Below are positions 17,901 through 26,035 of a DNA stretch of 64,000 nucleotides, piece by piece (position 1 is the first letter of the stretch; each line of letters starts with the position of its first letter). Source of the stretch: an uncultured delta proteobacterium (GTDB lineage Bacteria; Desulfobacterota; Binatia; Binatales; Binataceae); contig CAWJET010000002.1 in NCBI GenBank assembly GCA_963842085.1, positions 704,001-768,000 of the forward strand, read 5' to 3'. Both the position numbers and the translations under genes were made by a program. The notes beneath the pieces are model-generated. The model saw nothing but the letters and a program-made list of their open reading frames with translations, ran no database searches and was not told the origin of the DNA.

Positions 17901-19468
17901 ACGACGTCGTAGTTGCCGGCTTCGGGAATCGTTCCGCCCGAGGTGATGGCCGCCAGGCGCGCGGAGCGGCGCGGGCGGATTCGGGCGTTGACGCGGTCGA
18001 AGAAGATTTTCGGCGCCGCGCCCATGATTCGCTCGGGCAACTCGGCGGCCAGCTGTTCGAGCAGATGGCGCAGCCTGGCGGCGTCGAGATCACCGAAGTT
18101 GTACGCGCTGCGGAGCACGCGCAGCAACTCGGCTTCGGAGATTTCCTCTTCCTCGGCGGCGATTGCGACGATTTGCTGCGCCGCGACGTCGGCGCATCCC
18201 ATCGGGATTTCAACTTCGTCGAGATGCCCGCGGCGAATCGCGCGCACCGCGGCGCCGCATTCGAGCAGATCGTCGGTGGTCAGCGCGGAGAAGCGGCCCT
18301 TGGGAGTCGCGCCGAGGCTGTGCCCCGAGCGGCCGATGCGCTGAATCGCGGCGGAGATGGATTTGGGCGTATCGAGCTGGCATACGAGTTCGACCGCGCC
18401 AACGTCGATGCCGAGTTCGAGCGACGCGGTCGCGACAATCGCCTTCAACTCGCCGCGCTTCAGGCGTTGCTCGGCGAGTAATCGCTCGGCCCGCGCGAGG
18501 CTGCCATGATGCGCCATCACGGCGTCGGCGCCGAGCCGTTTCTGCAGATTGAGCGCGACTCGCTCCGCGTGCCGGCGGCTCAGCGTAAAAACCAGCGTCG
18601 TGCGGTGCTCGCCGATGAGGCGCGCGACTTCGTCGTACATCGCCTCCCAATGCGGATGCGTGGCCAGCGGTCCCAGCTCCGGACCGGGCGCTATGACCTG
18701 CAGATCCATCTCGCGGACGCGATCGTCGGCGCGCACTATTTTAATCGGACGCGGCGAGCGCGAGTTGTCGCGCGTCACGTCGTAGCCGGCCAGGAATCCC
18801 GCGAGCTTTTCAATTGGATTCAACGTCGCCGACAGACCGATTCGATTCGGCCGCCGCTGGCCGCGGCTCGTCACAAAGCGTTCGAGGCGCTCCAGCGTCA
18901 GCGCGAGATGCGCGCCGCGCTTGTTGCCCGCGAGCGCGTGGAGCTCATCGACGATCACGTGGCGGACGGCGGCGAGCTTCTCGCGGAACTTCGGCGAGGT
19001 CAGCAGGATGAACAGCGACTCGGGCGTGGTGACGAGAATGTGCGGCGGCCGGCGGAGCATCGCAGTGCGCTCGCTCGCGGACGTGTCGCCGGTGCGAAGG
19101 CCGGCGCGGATGCGCGAAAGATCGAGCCCGGATTCGGCGCCGACGTCGCGCACGCCGTGGAGCGGCTCCTCGAGATTGAGCCGGATGTCGTTGGCCAGCG
19201 CCTTGAGCGGAGACACGTACAGCACCGAGACTTCATCGCGGAGAGCGTCGCGCGCCGCGTCAAGCACGAGGCCGTTGATTGCCCACATGAACGCTGCGAG
19301 CGTCTTGCCGCTGCCGGTCGGCGCGCAGAGCAGAACGTCGAAGCCGGGTGCCTGGTTGGCGGCGCCTATAACGGGCCAGCCAAGCTCCTGCGCGCGCGAA
19401 GGCAGACCAAAGCGCCGCTCGAACCAGGCGCGAACCGCAGGATTGAAGTCGTCGAGCGCTGTGGGCAT
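14987..19468 (-). CDS. lhr: Lhr family ATP-dependent helicase with C-terminal winged-helix/glycosylase-like region
   Basis: APTGSGKT, YVSPLKAL, VTTPESL, DELH, HHGSL, SLELGID, QRIGRSGH, SGGTIP, C-terminal LSAIDPANPYG. Start taken at ATG 19468. Confidence 0.93.
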   Translation of the reverse strand: MPTALDDFNPAVRAWFERRFGLPSRAQELGWPVIGAANQAPGFDVLLCAPTGSGKTLAAFMWAINGLVLDAARDALRDEVSVLYVSPLKALANDIRLNLEEPLHGVRDVGAESGLDLSRIRAGLRTGDTSASERTAMLRRPPHILVTTPESLFILLTSPKFREKLAAVRHVIVDELHALAGNKRGAHLALTLERLERFVTSRGQRRPNRIGLSATLNPIEKLAGFLAGYDVTRDNSRSPRPIKIVRADDRVREMDLQVIAPGPELGPLATHPHWEAMYDEVARLIGEHRTTLVFTLSRRHAERVALNLQKRLGADAVMAHHGSLARAERLLAEQRLKRGELKAIVATASLELGIDVGAVELVCQLDTPKSISAAIQRIGRSGHSLGATPKGRFSALTTDDLLECGAAVRAIRRGHLDEVEIPMGCADVAAQQIVAIAAEEEEISEAELLRVLRSAYNFGDLDAARLRHLLEQLAAELPERIMGAAPKIFFDRVNARIRPRRSARLAAITSGGTIPEAGNYDVVIESEGRKIGDVEEDFAQESSRGDVFSLGSMPWQIQRISRGRLMVEPAPGMAPTLPFWQTEAGGRSPALSAEICDLRREIWSRIERNESATDWLMSECSMSERAATQAADYVRRGVEALGAIPDDKTVVVERFFDGLGGTQIVIHTPFGIRLNRGLGLAIRKRLCQSFDFEIQAQAIDDGVLLALNSRHSFALDTLFSMLKARNARDVLVQAILAAPMFEVRFRHVATRALAVMRSSRGKKVPAWIQRLRSQELLSAIFPGQQACFENRPGAIELPDHFVIDETIRECLEESTDLPRTVRMLEGIESGAIRIVAVDGIAPSVFAHRLLLAWDYSFLDDGERANRRSRTVTMNRGMAEDVFRKEDLSDLLSADAVDSVVAEVTGLAAGRRPRSRDELYELIRSHGSLTPAEIDERAGEGARAMLAELDAEGRLSRVSLSGESLERIVASEDKALFAAAYAGASTDRDAARTELVRRALKTCGPTTAGEVAARLQIKQSDIDQSLAALEGDGAIFRGHFTQADTIQWCDRYNLERIHRMTLARVRAEIEPCADHEYAAFRLRWMHVGGAELAADQSGVAAVLEQLSGIAATPEIWEHAFLPARIAGYRPEMLDLVCMSGQMKWVAVAGESVDGAHPASTPSRVTFIARKAALFVPREETAPEDAKERAVLEALGAAGAQYLDEVAERANVSERDALSALWRMAAAGRVSNDNFAPLRMFADDRAAERALESVARRPTTRHDAAVRARLKSSLAGRWSLIREGERSAEGADGARELALKLLERHGILAREMLAVESTHISWNEIVFELRRLEYGGTIRRGWFARSLSGEQYALPEAVEMLRAARNLIPAREKPVALSAIDPANPYGVVIPGCGVAREAANVVVIRAGRVIAGLQARAMVTAGDGEVDDESFSAAIAALLVLKPRITIDSIDGVPALESPRVGILAAMRFHSDGRSLVYDGLHGPAPARASRRSS

Positions 19469-19555
19469 GAGGAGAGAGTGTATCACCGGCGCGCAATTGG
19501 AAAGAACTTCAATTGCATGCGAAACGGCGAAACCGGCATCATCGATGCTTCGTAA

Positions 19556-19631
19556 TTGCGCGAGCGCGAATCCAGGCCTGGAGCATCCGGGATTAGTCCC
19601 GCGACCTGCTCCGGCCTCGCGTCTCGCGCAA
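19556..19631. other. Long imperfect inverted repeat (structured RNA or MITE-like element)
   Basis: Nested pairing TTGCGCGAG/CTCGCGCAA, CGCGA/TCGCG, GGCC/GGCC, GGAGCA/TGCTCC and CGGGA/TCCCG around a TTAG loop. Confidence 0.6.
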
Positions 19632-19695
19632 AATTTTTCGCTTCCGATTTTTTCAAGGTTGCGCGAAACAATATCTCGGTGAGATCGTAGCGGGC

Positions 19696-20211
19696 ATGGC
19701 GAAACGTGCCACGCCAAAAGCGAGCCGGCCCTACATGCCCGGCTACGGAATCCTCGACGCGGGCGGCGGCCGCGGGCTGTTGCCGTGGGACTGGGCCGTC
19801 GAGCGACTGAGCAGGGCGCGCAATTACTGGGTAGCGACCACCTGCCCCGACGGCCGGCCGCATTGCGTGCCGGTGTGGGGCATCTGGCTCGACGACGCGT
19901 TCTGCTTCAGCAGCGGCGCGAAGTCGCGCAAGGCGCGCAACCTGGCGGCGAACCCACATTGCGTCATTTGCCCCGAAGACGGCGTCCAGGCGGTCTCACT
20001 CGAAGGCGTCGCCGAGAAGATTACCGATGCAGAGACGATCCGCCGCTTCGTCGAGGCCTACAATCCCAAGTACCAGTGGAACTTAAAGCCCGAGACGGTG
20101 CTCGACCTGGGGCCCATTTTCGCCGTGCGGCCGCGCAAGGTGATCGCCGTTGACGCGACGCCCGGCGAATTTCAGGGCAGCGCGACGCGATGGCAGTTCG
20201 GGCAGAGGTGA
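19696..20211 (+). CDS. Pyridoxamine 5'-phosphate oxidase-like (split-barrel FMN/F420-binding) protein
   Basis: LLPWDWAVERL..ARNYWVATTCPDGRPH..PVWG, SRKARNLAANP. Confidence 0.88.
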   Translation: MAKRATPKASRPYMPGYGILDAGGGRGLLPWDWAVERLSRARNYWVATTCPDGRPHCVPVWGIWLDDAFCFSSGAKSRKARNLAANPHCVICPEDGVQAVSLEGVAEKITDAETIRRFVEAYNPKYQWNLKPETVLDLGPIFAVRPRKVIAVDATPGEFQGSATRWQFGQR

Positions 20212-20304
20212 CCCCTGCACTCAATGTTAAAGCGATGGCGCCGTCGCGGGATGCAGGATTGCGTCGCTGTCAGGGAGCTGGGAGGAGATCCTCACGCGAC
20301 TGCC

Positions 20305-20790
20305 TCACGAGCCGTGGGAGCGGACCGGACGACGCTCGCGCGCGCCGCCCGTATTTCGCAAGCTCGACAGCGGGCGATGGCGGCGCATCTGATAGCGCCG
20401 TGAGGGCAGATCAGCAATTGTGAGAATCCGCAGGCGTGCGAGCAGGACGCGCGGCTCGATGCCAAGCGCGGCGCAAAGATTCTCAAAGCTGAAAATATCC
20501 CCGCGCCGTGCGCCAGCCATGGCCCCGGCTTCGAACCAGTTTCTGACCTCGACAAAGTCGCGGCGGCGTTCCCCGTCCTTCGCCTTCACGTTTCGCAGGT
20601 AGCATCGAATCGCGTCTTCCAAAACGGCCAGCAGAAGTTTCAGTTCGCCCTCGATGACATGATTGCGTCTGACCAGGTCGACATACTGCCCTGGCAGCAG
20701 CAGTCCGGCATCGATTCCTTTTTCGTGAGGAACGGGGCCGCCGCCGTTGGGAGTTTCGAGAGTCTTTTGGTCCGAAGTTTCGTTTAACAT
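20305..20790 (-). CDS. Conserved hypothetical protein
   Basis: ELKLLLAVLEDAIRCY..FVEVRNWF..IFSFENLCAALGIEP pattern of a recurrent uncharacterised family; start ATG 20790. Confidence 0.7.
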   Translation of the reverse strand: MLNETSDQKTLETPNGGGPVPHEKGIDAGLLLPGQYVDLVRRNHVIEGELKLLLAVLEDAIRCYLRNVKAKDGERRRDFVEVRNWFEAGAMAGARRGDIFSFENLCAALGIEPRVLLARLRILTIADLPSRRYQMRRHRPLSSLRNTGGARERRPVRSHGS

Positions 20791-20908
20791 CGCATCTACC
20801 CGGGCTAAAGAAGCGCGCGATCGCGCCAGCGCGAGGCTAAAGTTCACGCGATGACGAAACTACCAGACCAGTGTTTCGGCAATATGAATTCGGACGCCGC
20901 GAGAACAG

Positions 20909-21694
20909 CTACGACGTGAAATGAATGACGCCCAGGATTATTTCGAGCAAAATCAACAGCACGACGATGACCTCGAGCAAGACCAGGCGGCGATCTCGCG
21001 CTACGTCGAGCACCAGCACCAGCGAGTCCTGGATGCTCTGCAATTTGCTGGTCAGGGCGGCATACCGGTCGACGAGATCGAATTCGTCGCGCAGATCATC
21101 GTAAATGCGATCCATCGCGGGGTCTTCCCACGCAGCGTCGGGCTTGTCGAGCAGGTGCAGCACGGCAAGAACTTCAGTGCGCGACGAAATCGCCTCGCCG
21201 ATGAAGCGATGCAAGGGAGTCACGCGATAGGGCACGGTGCCGCGCGACGCCATCCGATCGACCAACTGCGCGGTCCGCGCGAACAGGCTGTCCACGATGC
21301 GCTCGTAGTATTCCATCGCCGCGCTCTGAGCGACCGTCAGCGCAACGATTCCCGCGCGCTGGGGAGTGAGCTTGTCAACCCGCAGCATTCCGGCGGTAAT
21401 ACCGATCTGCGCGGCGGGATCCTCCAGCACGGAGTAATCCTCGCGGATAATCCGGGTAGTAAGTTTGGGCAGGACCTGGGTGAGGCGCGCGAATATGCGT
21501 TCGCGATGCTCGACCGGAACATCGTGCGAGACGATTGCGCCAAAGGGGAAGATGTAGAGGCCGCCGTCGGGCTCGATTGGCACGAACATCTCAAGCGGCG
21601 ATGTTCTTGCCTCGGGAAAGGCGGGGGCTATCTGGCGGAGCGAAAAGTTCTCCTCGAACGCGACCGCGTAGAATTGGTGAGTCCGGCTCGGCAT
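20909..21694 (-). CDS. RMD1/DUF155 family protein
   Basis: IFPFGAIV, VAQSAAMEYYE, LLDKPDAAWED, FDLVDRY, LEVIVVLLILLEI. Confidence 0.9.
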   Translation of the reverse strand: MPSRTHQFYAVAFEENFSLRQIAPAFPEARTSPLEMFVPIEPDGGLYIFPFGAIVSHDVPVEHRERIFARLTQVLPKLTTRIIREDYSVLEDPAAQIGITAGMLRVDKLTPQRAGIVALTVAQSAAMEYYERIVDSLFARTAQLVDRMASRGTVPYRVTPLHRFIGEAISSRTEVLAVLHLLDKPDAAWEDPAMDRIYDDLRDEFDLVDRYAALTSKLQSIQDSLVLVLDVARDRRLVLLEVIVVLLILLEIILGVIHFTS

Positions 21695-21856
21695 TCATTC
21701 ACCCAATTGCCAATAGTCCCAGTACAATGCATGCAATGAAAGCGGTTGCGAATGGCGCAACGCCAGTCAATAGCGCGGGAAATTACTCGTATGTGGTATA
21801 TGGAATAGCTCCGCGGACGCAGAAAGATGCGACGCGCAGAATTGCCGGAGGACACA

Positions 21857-22597
21857 ATGATCGAGGAAGCAGTCGAGATTCGCACGGCCGACGGGACGGC
21901 CGACGGTTTTCTGTATCGGGCCGATGGCGGGCGCCGCTTCCCGGGCGTCATTCATTTGACCGACATCGGCGGCATCCGCCCCTCGCATCGCGAGATGGCA
22001 AAGCGGTTGGCCGAGAAAGGCTACACCGTGCTGATGCCCAACGTGTTTTATCGCACGACCAAGCCGCCGGTTATCGACGTCAAGATAGGCGTGGGAGATG
22101 AACGCACGATGAAGCGGTTCGCCGAGCTGCGGGCGCCGATGACTCCTGAAGCCGTCGAGCGCGACGGCAAAGCTTACGTCAATTTTCTGGCGGCTCATGA
22201 TGCGGCGAGCGCGGGCTCGATCGGGGTCGTCGGCTACTGCTTCACCGGCGCGATGGCGATGCGCACGGCGGCCGCCATGCCCGACAAAGTTGCCGCGGTT
22301 GCCTCATTTCACGGCGGCGGTCTTTACACCGATGAGCCGACGAGCCCGCATCTGGTCCTGCCGCGCATCAAGGCTCGGCTCTATTTCGGACACGCGACCA
22401 ACGATCGCAGCATGCCGCCGGAGGCGATCGAGAAGTTCGATCGCGCGCTCGCCGCGTGGGGCGGGAAATACGAAAGCGAAGTGTACGAAGGCGCGTTTCA
22501 CGGCTGGACCGTACCAGACGCTCCGATTTACAATCAGCCTCAAGCCGACCGCGCGTTCGACAAGCTGGCGGAGCTGTTCGCGAGCACGCTGAAGTAG
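21857..22597 (+). CDS. Dienelactone hydrolase family protein
   Basis: GYCFTG nucleophile motif, ASFHGG, YEGAFHGW; GGAGG RBS before ATG 21857. Confidence 0.92.
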   Translation: MIEEAVEIRTADGTADGFLYRADGGRRFPGVIHLTDIGGIRPSHREMAKRLAEKGYTVLMPNVFYRTTKPPVIDVKIGVGDERTMKRFAELRAPMTPEAVERDGKAYVNFLAAHDAASAGSIGVVGYCFTGAMAMRTAAAMPDKVAAVASFHGGGLYTDEPTSPHLVLPRIKARLYFGHATNDRSMPPEAIEKFDRALAAWGGKYESEVYEGAFHGWTVPDAPIYNQPQADRAFDKLAELFASTLK

Positions 22598-22617
22598 CCG
22601 CCTGAAGCGGGCACCCG

Positions 22618-23010
22618 CTACCGGACGGCGTTCGCCCGAGCTAGCGTCAGCACACCGACGATCAGCAGAACGACGCTGAAGTACAGGCGCGCGTGGCGCT
22701 CCGAAGGAAGCATCTGCGCCAGGCGCGGGCCGATTTGCCCGCCGACGACGACCCCGGGCAACACCCAGGTTGCGATCGTGACTATCTGCGACGAGTCGCG
22801 GCGCAGCGCCGAGATGAGCGACGGGCGCATTCGGCCGATGGTCGCGGCAAGACTGGTAAAAAAAATAATCATGACCAGAGATCCGATTGCCGCGCCCGGT
22901 GAGCGACTCGATCGAAGACGCAGCACGGATGGCATCGCAATGATTCCGATTCCGATCGAGATGAGCCCGGTGAGCGCGCCGCCCAGCAGCGCGATTGAAA
23001 CAGGGACCCG
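22618..23010 (-). pseudogene. TauE/SafE (TSUP) transporter, C-terminal half only
   Basis: GGALTGLISIGIG, GVVVGGQIGPRLA, FSVVLLIVG; about four TMs, roughly half the usual length. Confidence 0.65.
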
Positions 23011-23011
23011 G

Positions 23012-23395
23012 TCATGACGATCGCGATCGCTGCGCATGCCGAGCCAGGAACAGCGGCGTCGCCGCCGACGCTGCAGCCGCGACTACCCACTGCAGGTTGC
23101 GACGCGCGTCCTGTCGATCGAGTGCGGATTCGCCCGCGCCAACGCTGTTCGACTCGGCGACCGCCGTGTAGCCGGCAGCCGCGACCTTCGCCTCGATTTC
23201 ACCGGCGGCAAGTTTGTCGCTGACGCGCGCGGTGAGCGTCTCGGCGGCGAAGTTCACGTGGGCGGCGATGACGCCGGGAATCGGCGCGACGGCTTTTTCG
23301 ATCGTGTCGGCGCAATTCGCGCAGTGCATGCCGCGAATTCGGAAACGCTCGATCTTTTCGTCGGCCCGGCTTTCGAGATTTTGTTGCGCGTCCAT
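23012..23395 (-). pseudogene. HMA domain; probably the truncated N-terminus of a CopA-type P1B ATPase
   Basis: IRGMHCANCA..IEK, VNFAAE, AAGY, then a linker and the start of a hydrophobic helix (RRNLQWVVAAAASAA) that ends prematurely. Confidence 0.65.
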
Positions 23396-23419
23396 CGGCG
23401 GGCGCAGGCCGGGACTCAG

Positions 23420-24022
23420 CTAGAGCGAGGCCTTGATTGGCCGGCCGGAAATGACCTCGTCAATCAGTCCGTACTCGACTGCCTGCGCGGCGGACATGAA
23501 GTTGTCGCGGTCAGTATCCTTCTCGATCTTCTTCGCATTTTGGCCGGTATGATGAGCGAGAATGTCGTTCAGGATTTCGCGCAGACGCAACGCCTCGCGT
23601 GCGTGAATCTCGATATCGCTCGCCTGTCCCTCGAACCCGCCGGAGACCTGGTGAATAAGTATCCGCGAGTGCGGCAGCGCATAGCGCCTGCCCTTGGCTC
23701 CTGCGGCCAACAGCAGCGACCCCATGCTGGCGGCCTGCCCGACGCAGAGCGTCGAGACCGGAGGCTTCACGAATTGCATCGTGTCGTAGATGGCCAGGCC
23801 GGCGGTGACCGAACCGCCCGGCGAGTTGATGTACATATTGATTTCGCGCTCCGGATCCTCGGATTCGAGGAACAGCAGTTGCGCGGTGATCAGGTTTGCG
23901 ACATCGTCGGTGACGGTGCCGCCCAGGAACACGATCCGATCCTTGAGCAAGCGCGAATAGATGTCGTAAGAACGCTCGCCGCGGCCGGTCTGCTCGACTA
24001 CATATGGTACCAGTACACTCAT
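23420..24022 (-). CDS. clpP: ATP-dependent Clp protease proteolytic subunit
   Basis: [35 protein letters not shown]. Confidence 0.98.
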   Translation of the reverse strand: MSVLVPYVVEQTGRGERSYDIYSRLLKDRIVFLGGTVTDDVANLITAQLLFLESEDPEREINMYINSPGGSVTAGLAIYDTMQFVKPPVSTLCVGQAASMGSLLLAAGAKGRRYALPHSRILIHQVSGGFEGQASDIEIHAREALRLREILNDILAHHTGQNAKKIEKDTDRDNFMSAAQAVEYGLIDEVISGRPIKASL

Positions 24023-24042
24023 GCTACAAAGGTACTATTTGG

Positions 24043-24573
24043 ATGAGTAACTGGGAAGTGGGGCACGGGATTCGAAGGCGAGTCCTGATGACGGCGTTGG
24101 CAATGTTGCCGGCGTTGATCGTCGTCGCGAGCGCTGCGGCGGCGCCGCCGATGGACAAGCACTTCTACCTGCCGGATGCGGCCGCGTCGAAGATCGTTTC
24201 CGTCACGAAAGAGGGCACGCCAGAGGCCGAGGTGATCGTTCTGACGCAGGCGGTCGCAATCAAGGAGACAGGGCCCAAGGAGACGGTCGCCAAATTCGGC
24301 GAGGTTTACGCGTTCTCGCCGACCTTCATTGCGGTCCGCCGCGATGTCCCGACGATGCTTACGTTTTGGAATCTGCAGCCCGACGACGAACACGACTTCA
24401 TGCTCGCCGCTCCGGATTCAACTATCCTGATGCATTTGAAGCTGCAGCCGCTTACGAAAACGTCGTACGTATTCACGTTTCACAAGGACGGAATCTTCAA
24501 CTTCTACTGCGCGGTGCATCAGCCCGAGATGAACGGGCAAATCCTGGTGCTGCCACCCGACAGTGCGAAGTGA
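24043..24573 (+). CDS. Exported cupredoxin (type-1 copper) domain protein
   Basis: RRR plus hydrophobic signal; YAFSP; ligand set HDF and FYCAVHQPEMNG. Confidence 0.8.
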   Translation: MSNWEVGHGIRRRVLMTALAMLPALIVVASAAAAPPMDKHFYLPDAAASKIVSVTKEGTPEAEVIVLTQAVAIKETGPKETVAKFGEVYAFSPTFIAVRRDVPTMLTFWNLQPDDEHDFMLAAPDSTILMHLKLQPLTKTSYVFTFHKDGIFNFYCAVHQPEMNGQILVLPPDSAK

Positions 24574-24588
24574 CCGGGCGTTGCAGGG

Positions 24589-26034
24589 TCAGGCGGGCTG
24601 CTCAATTCGGCGGACGGCGGCGTTAAGGCGCTCGACGGTTCGGCGCTTGCCGAGCACAGCGATCACTTCGTAAATCCCGGGACTTACGGTGCCGCCGGTA
24701 AGCGCGACGCGGACTGGCTGCGCAAGTTGCCCGAGCTTGAGGTTGAATCTCGCCAAAACAGATTCGAAAACCGCCTGCACCGACGCCTCGGAGACCTCGC
24801 CCTCATGCGACTCGAGCTCGGCCGCCAACGCGCGGATTGGTTCCGCGACTTCCGGCTTCAGGAATTTCGCCGCGGCCTTCGCATCGATCGCAATGTCATC
24901 CCTCAGATAGAACGATGCAAAGTCAACCAGCTCAACTAGCGTCTTGGCGCGCTCGTGCAGCGTCGCGACCGCTTTTTCGAGCCACCCGTCGTCGCCCGGA
25001 ATCGGCCATCGGCGTTTCGCGATGAACGGCTTGACCTCAGCCACCAGTCGCGGGAGCGGGCGCTCTTTCAGGTAATGGAAATTCAGCCAGAGCAATTTCT
25101 CGGGGTTAAATACGCCAGCTGACTTTCCGCATGCCTCAAAGCCGAAATAACTGATCAGTTCGTGCTTCGAGAAAATCTCCTGGTCACCATGCGACCATCC
25201 AAGCCGCGCCAGGTAGTTCAGCATCGCCTCAGGAAAATAACCGTTCTCGCGGTACGCGATTACGGAAGTCGCGCCGTGGCGCTTTGACAGCGGCGATCCG
25301 TCCGGCCCCAGCACTTGCGGCAAATGGGCAAAGGCCGGTGGCGTGAACCCGAGCGCGTAGGCCATCTGCATCTGCCGCGGAGTGTTCGAGACGTGATCGT
25401 CGCCGCGAACGATGTGCGTGATGCGCATGTCGACGTCGTCGAGGATGCTCGCGAAGTTGTAAATCGGCCAGCCATCCGAACGCACGATGATGAAGTCGTC
25501 GAGCTCGGCGTTCTGAAAGACCATTCGGCCCTTCACCAGGTCATCGACAACCGTCTCGCCGTCCAACGGCATCGCGAACCGGATCGTATAGTTGCGGCCG
25601 GCGGCTTTGTCGGGCAACGGCGAGTCCGCGGCGAAGTCGAGCCCGCGGCATTTGCGATCGTAAACCGGCCGGCGATGCTCGCGCTCAGCCTGCTTGCGCT
25701 TGGCGTCGAGTTCTTCCGCCGAGCAGTAGCACGGGTAGGCTTTTCGCTCGCGCAGCAGTTTCAGCGCGGCTTCGCGATGCCGCTCGACTCGATTGGCCTG
25801 AAAATATGCCGCGTCGGGCGGACCCTCGTCCCACTCCATCCCGAGCCAATTCAAATCCGCCAGGATTTCCTCGAGCGACTGCTTCGTCGAGCGCTCGCGA
25901 TCCGTGTCGTCGATGCGCAGTATGAATTGCCCGTGGTTGTGCCGCGCGTACAGGTACGCGAACAGCCCCGAGCGAACGTTGCCGATGTGCAGCGAGCCGG
26001 TCGGGCTCGGCGCAAAGCGCGTGCGAACCGTCAC
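24589..26034 (-). CDS. gltX: Glutamate--tRNA ligase
   Basis: RFAPSPTG.LHIG, LRIDDTD, RGDDH, LSKRHG. Confidence 0.98.
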   Translation of the reverse strand: MTVRTRFAPSPTGSLHIGNVRSGLFAYLYARHNHGQFILRIDDTDRERSTKQSLEEILADLNWLGMEWDEGPPDAAYFQANRVERHREAALKLLRERKAYPCYCSAEELDAKRKQAEREHRRPVYDRKCRGLDFAADSPLPDKAAGRNYTIRFAMPLDGETVVDDLVKGRMVFQNAELDDFIIVRSDGWPIYNFASILDDVDMRITHIVRGDDHVSNTPRQMQMAYALGFTPPAFAHLPQVLGPDGSPLSKRHGATSVIAYRENGYFPEAMLNYLARLGWSHGDQEIFSKHELISYFGFEACGKSAGVFNPEKLLWLNFHYLKERPLPRLVAEVKPFIAKRRWPIPGDDGWLEKAVATLHERAKTLVELVDFASFYLRDDIAIDAKAAAKFLKPEVAEPIRALAAELESHEGEVSEASVQAVFESVLARFNLKLGQLAQPVRVALTGGTVSPGIYEVIAVLGKRRTVERLNAAVRRIEQPA

Positions 26035-26035
26035 C

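Noticed and set aside
19556-19631. Hairpin considered as SRP (4.5S) RNA
   Set aside because: It lacks the GGAA tetraloop and the CAGG/AGCAG symmetric loop on either strand; kept only as an unassigned structure.
14939-19682. Several 250-400 aa plus-strand ORFs
   Set aside because: Antisense shadows of lhr with Arg/Ala-rich low-information sequence.
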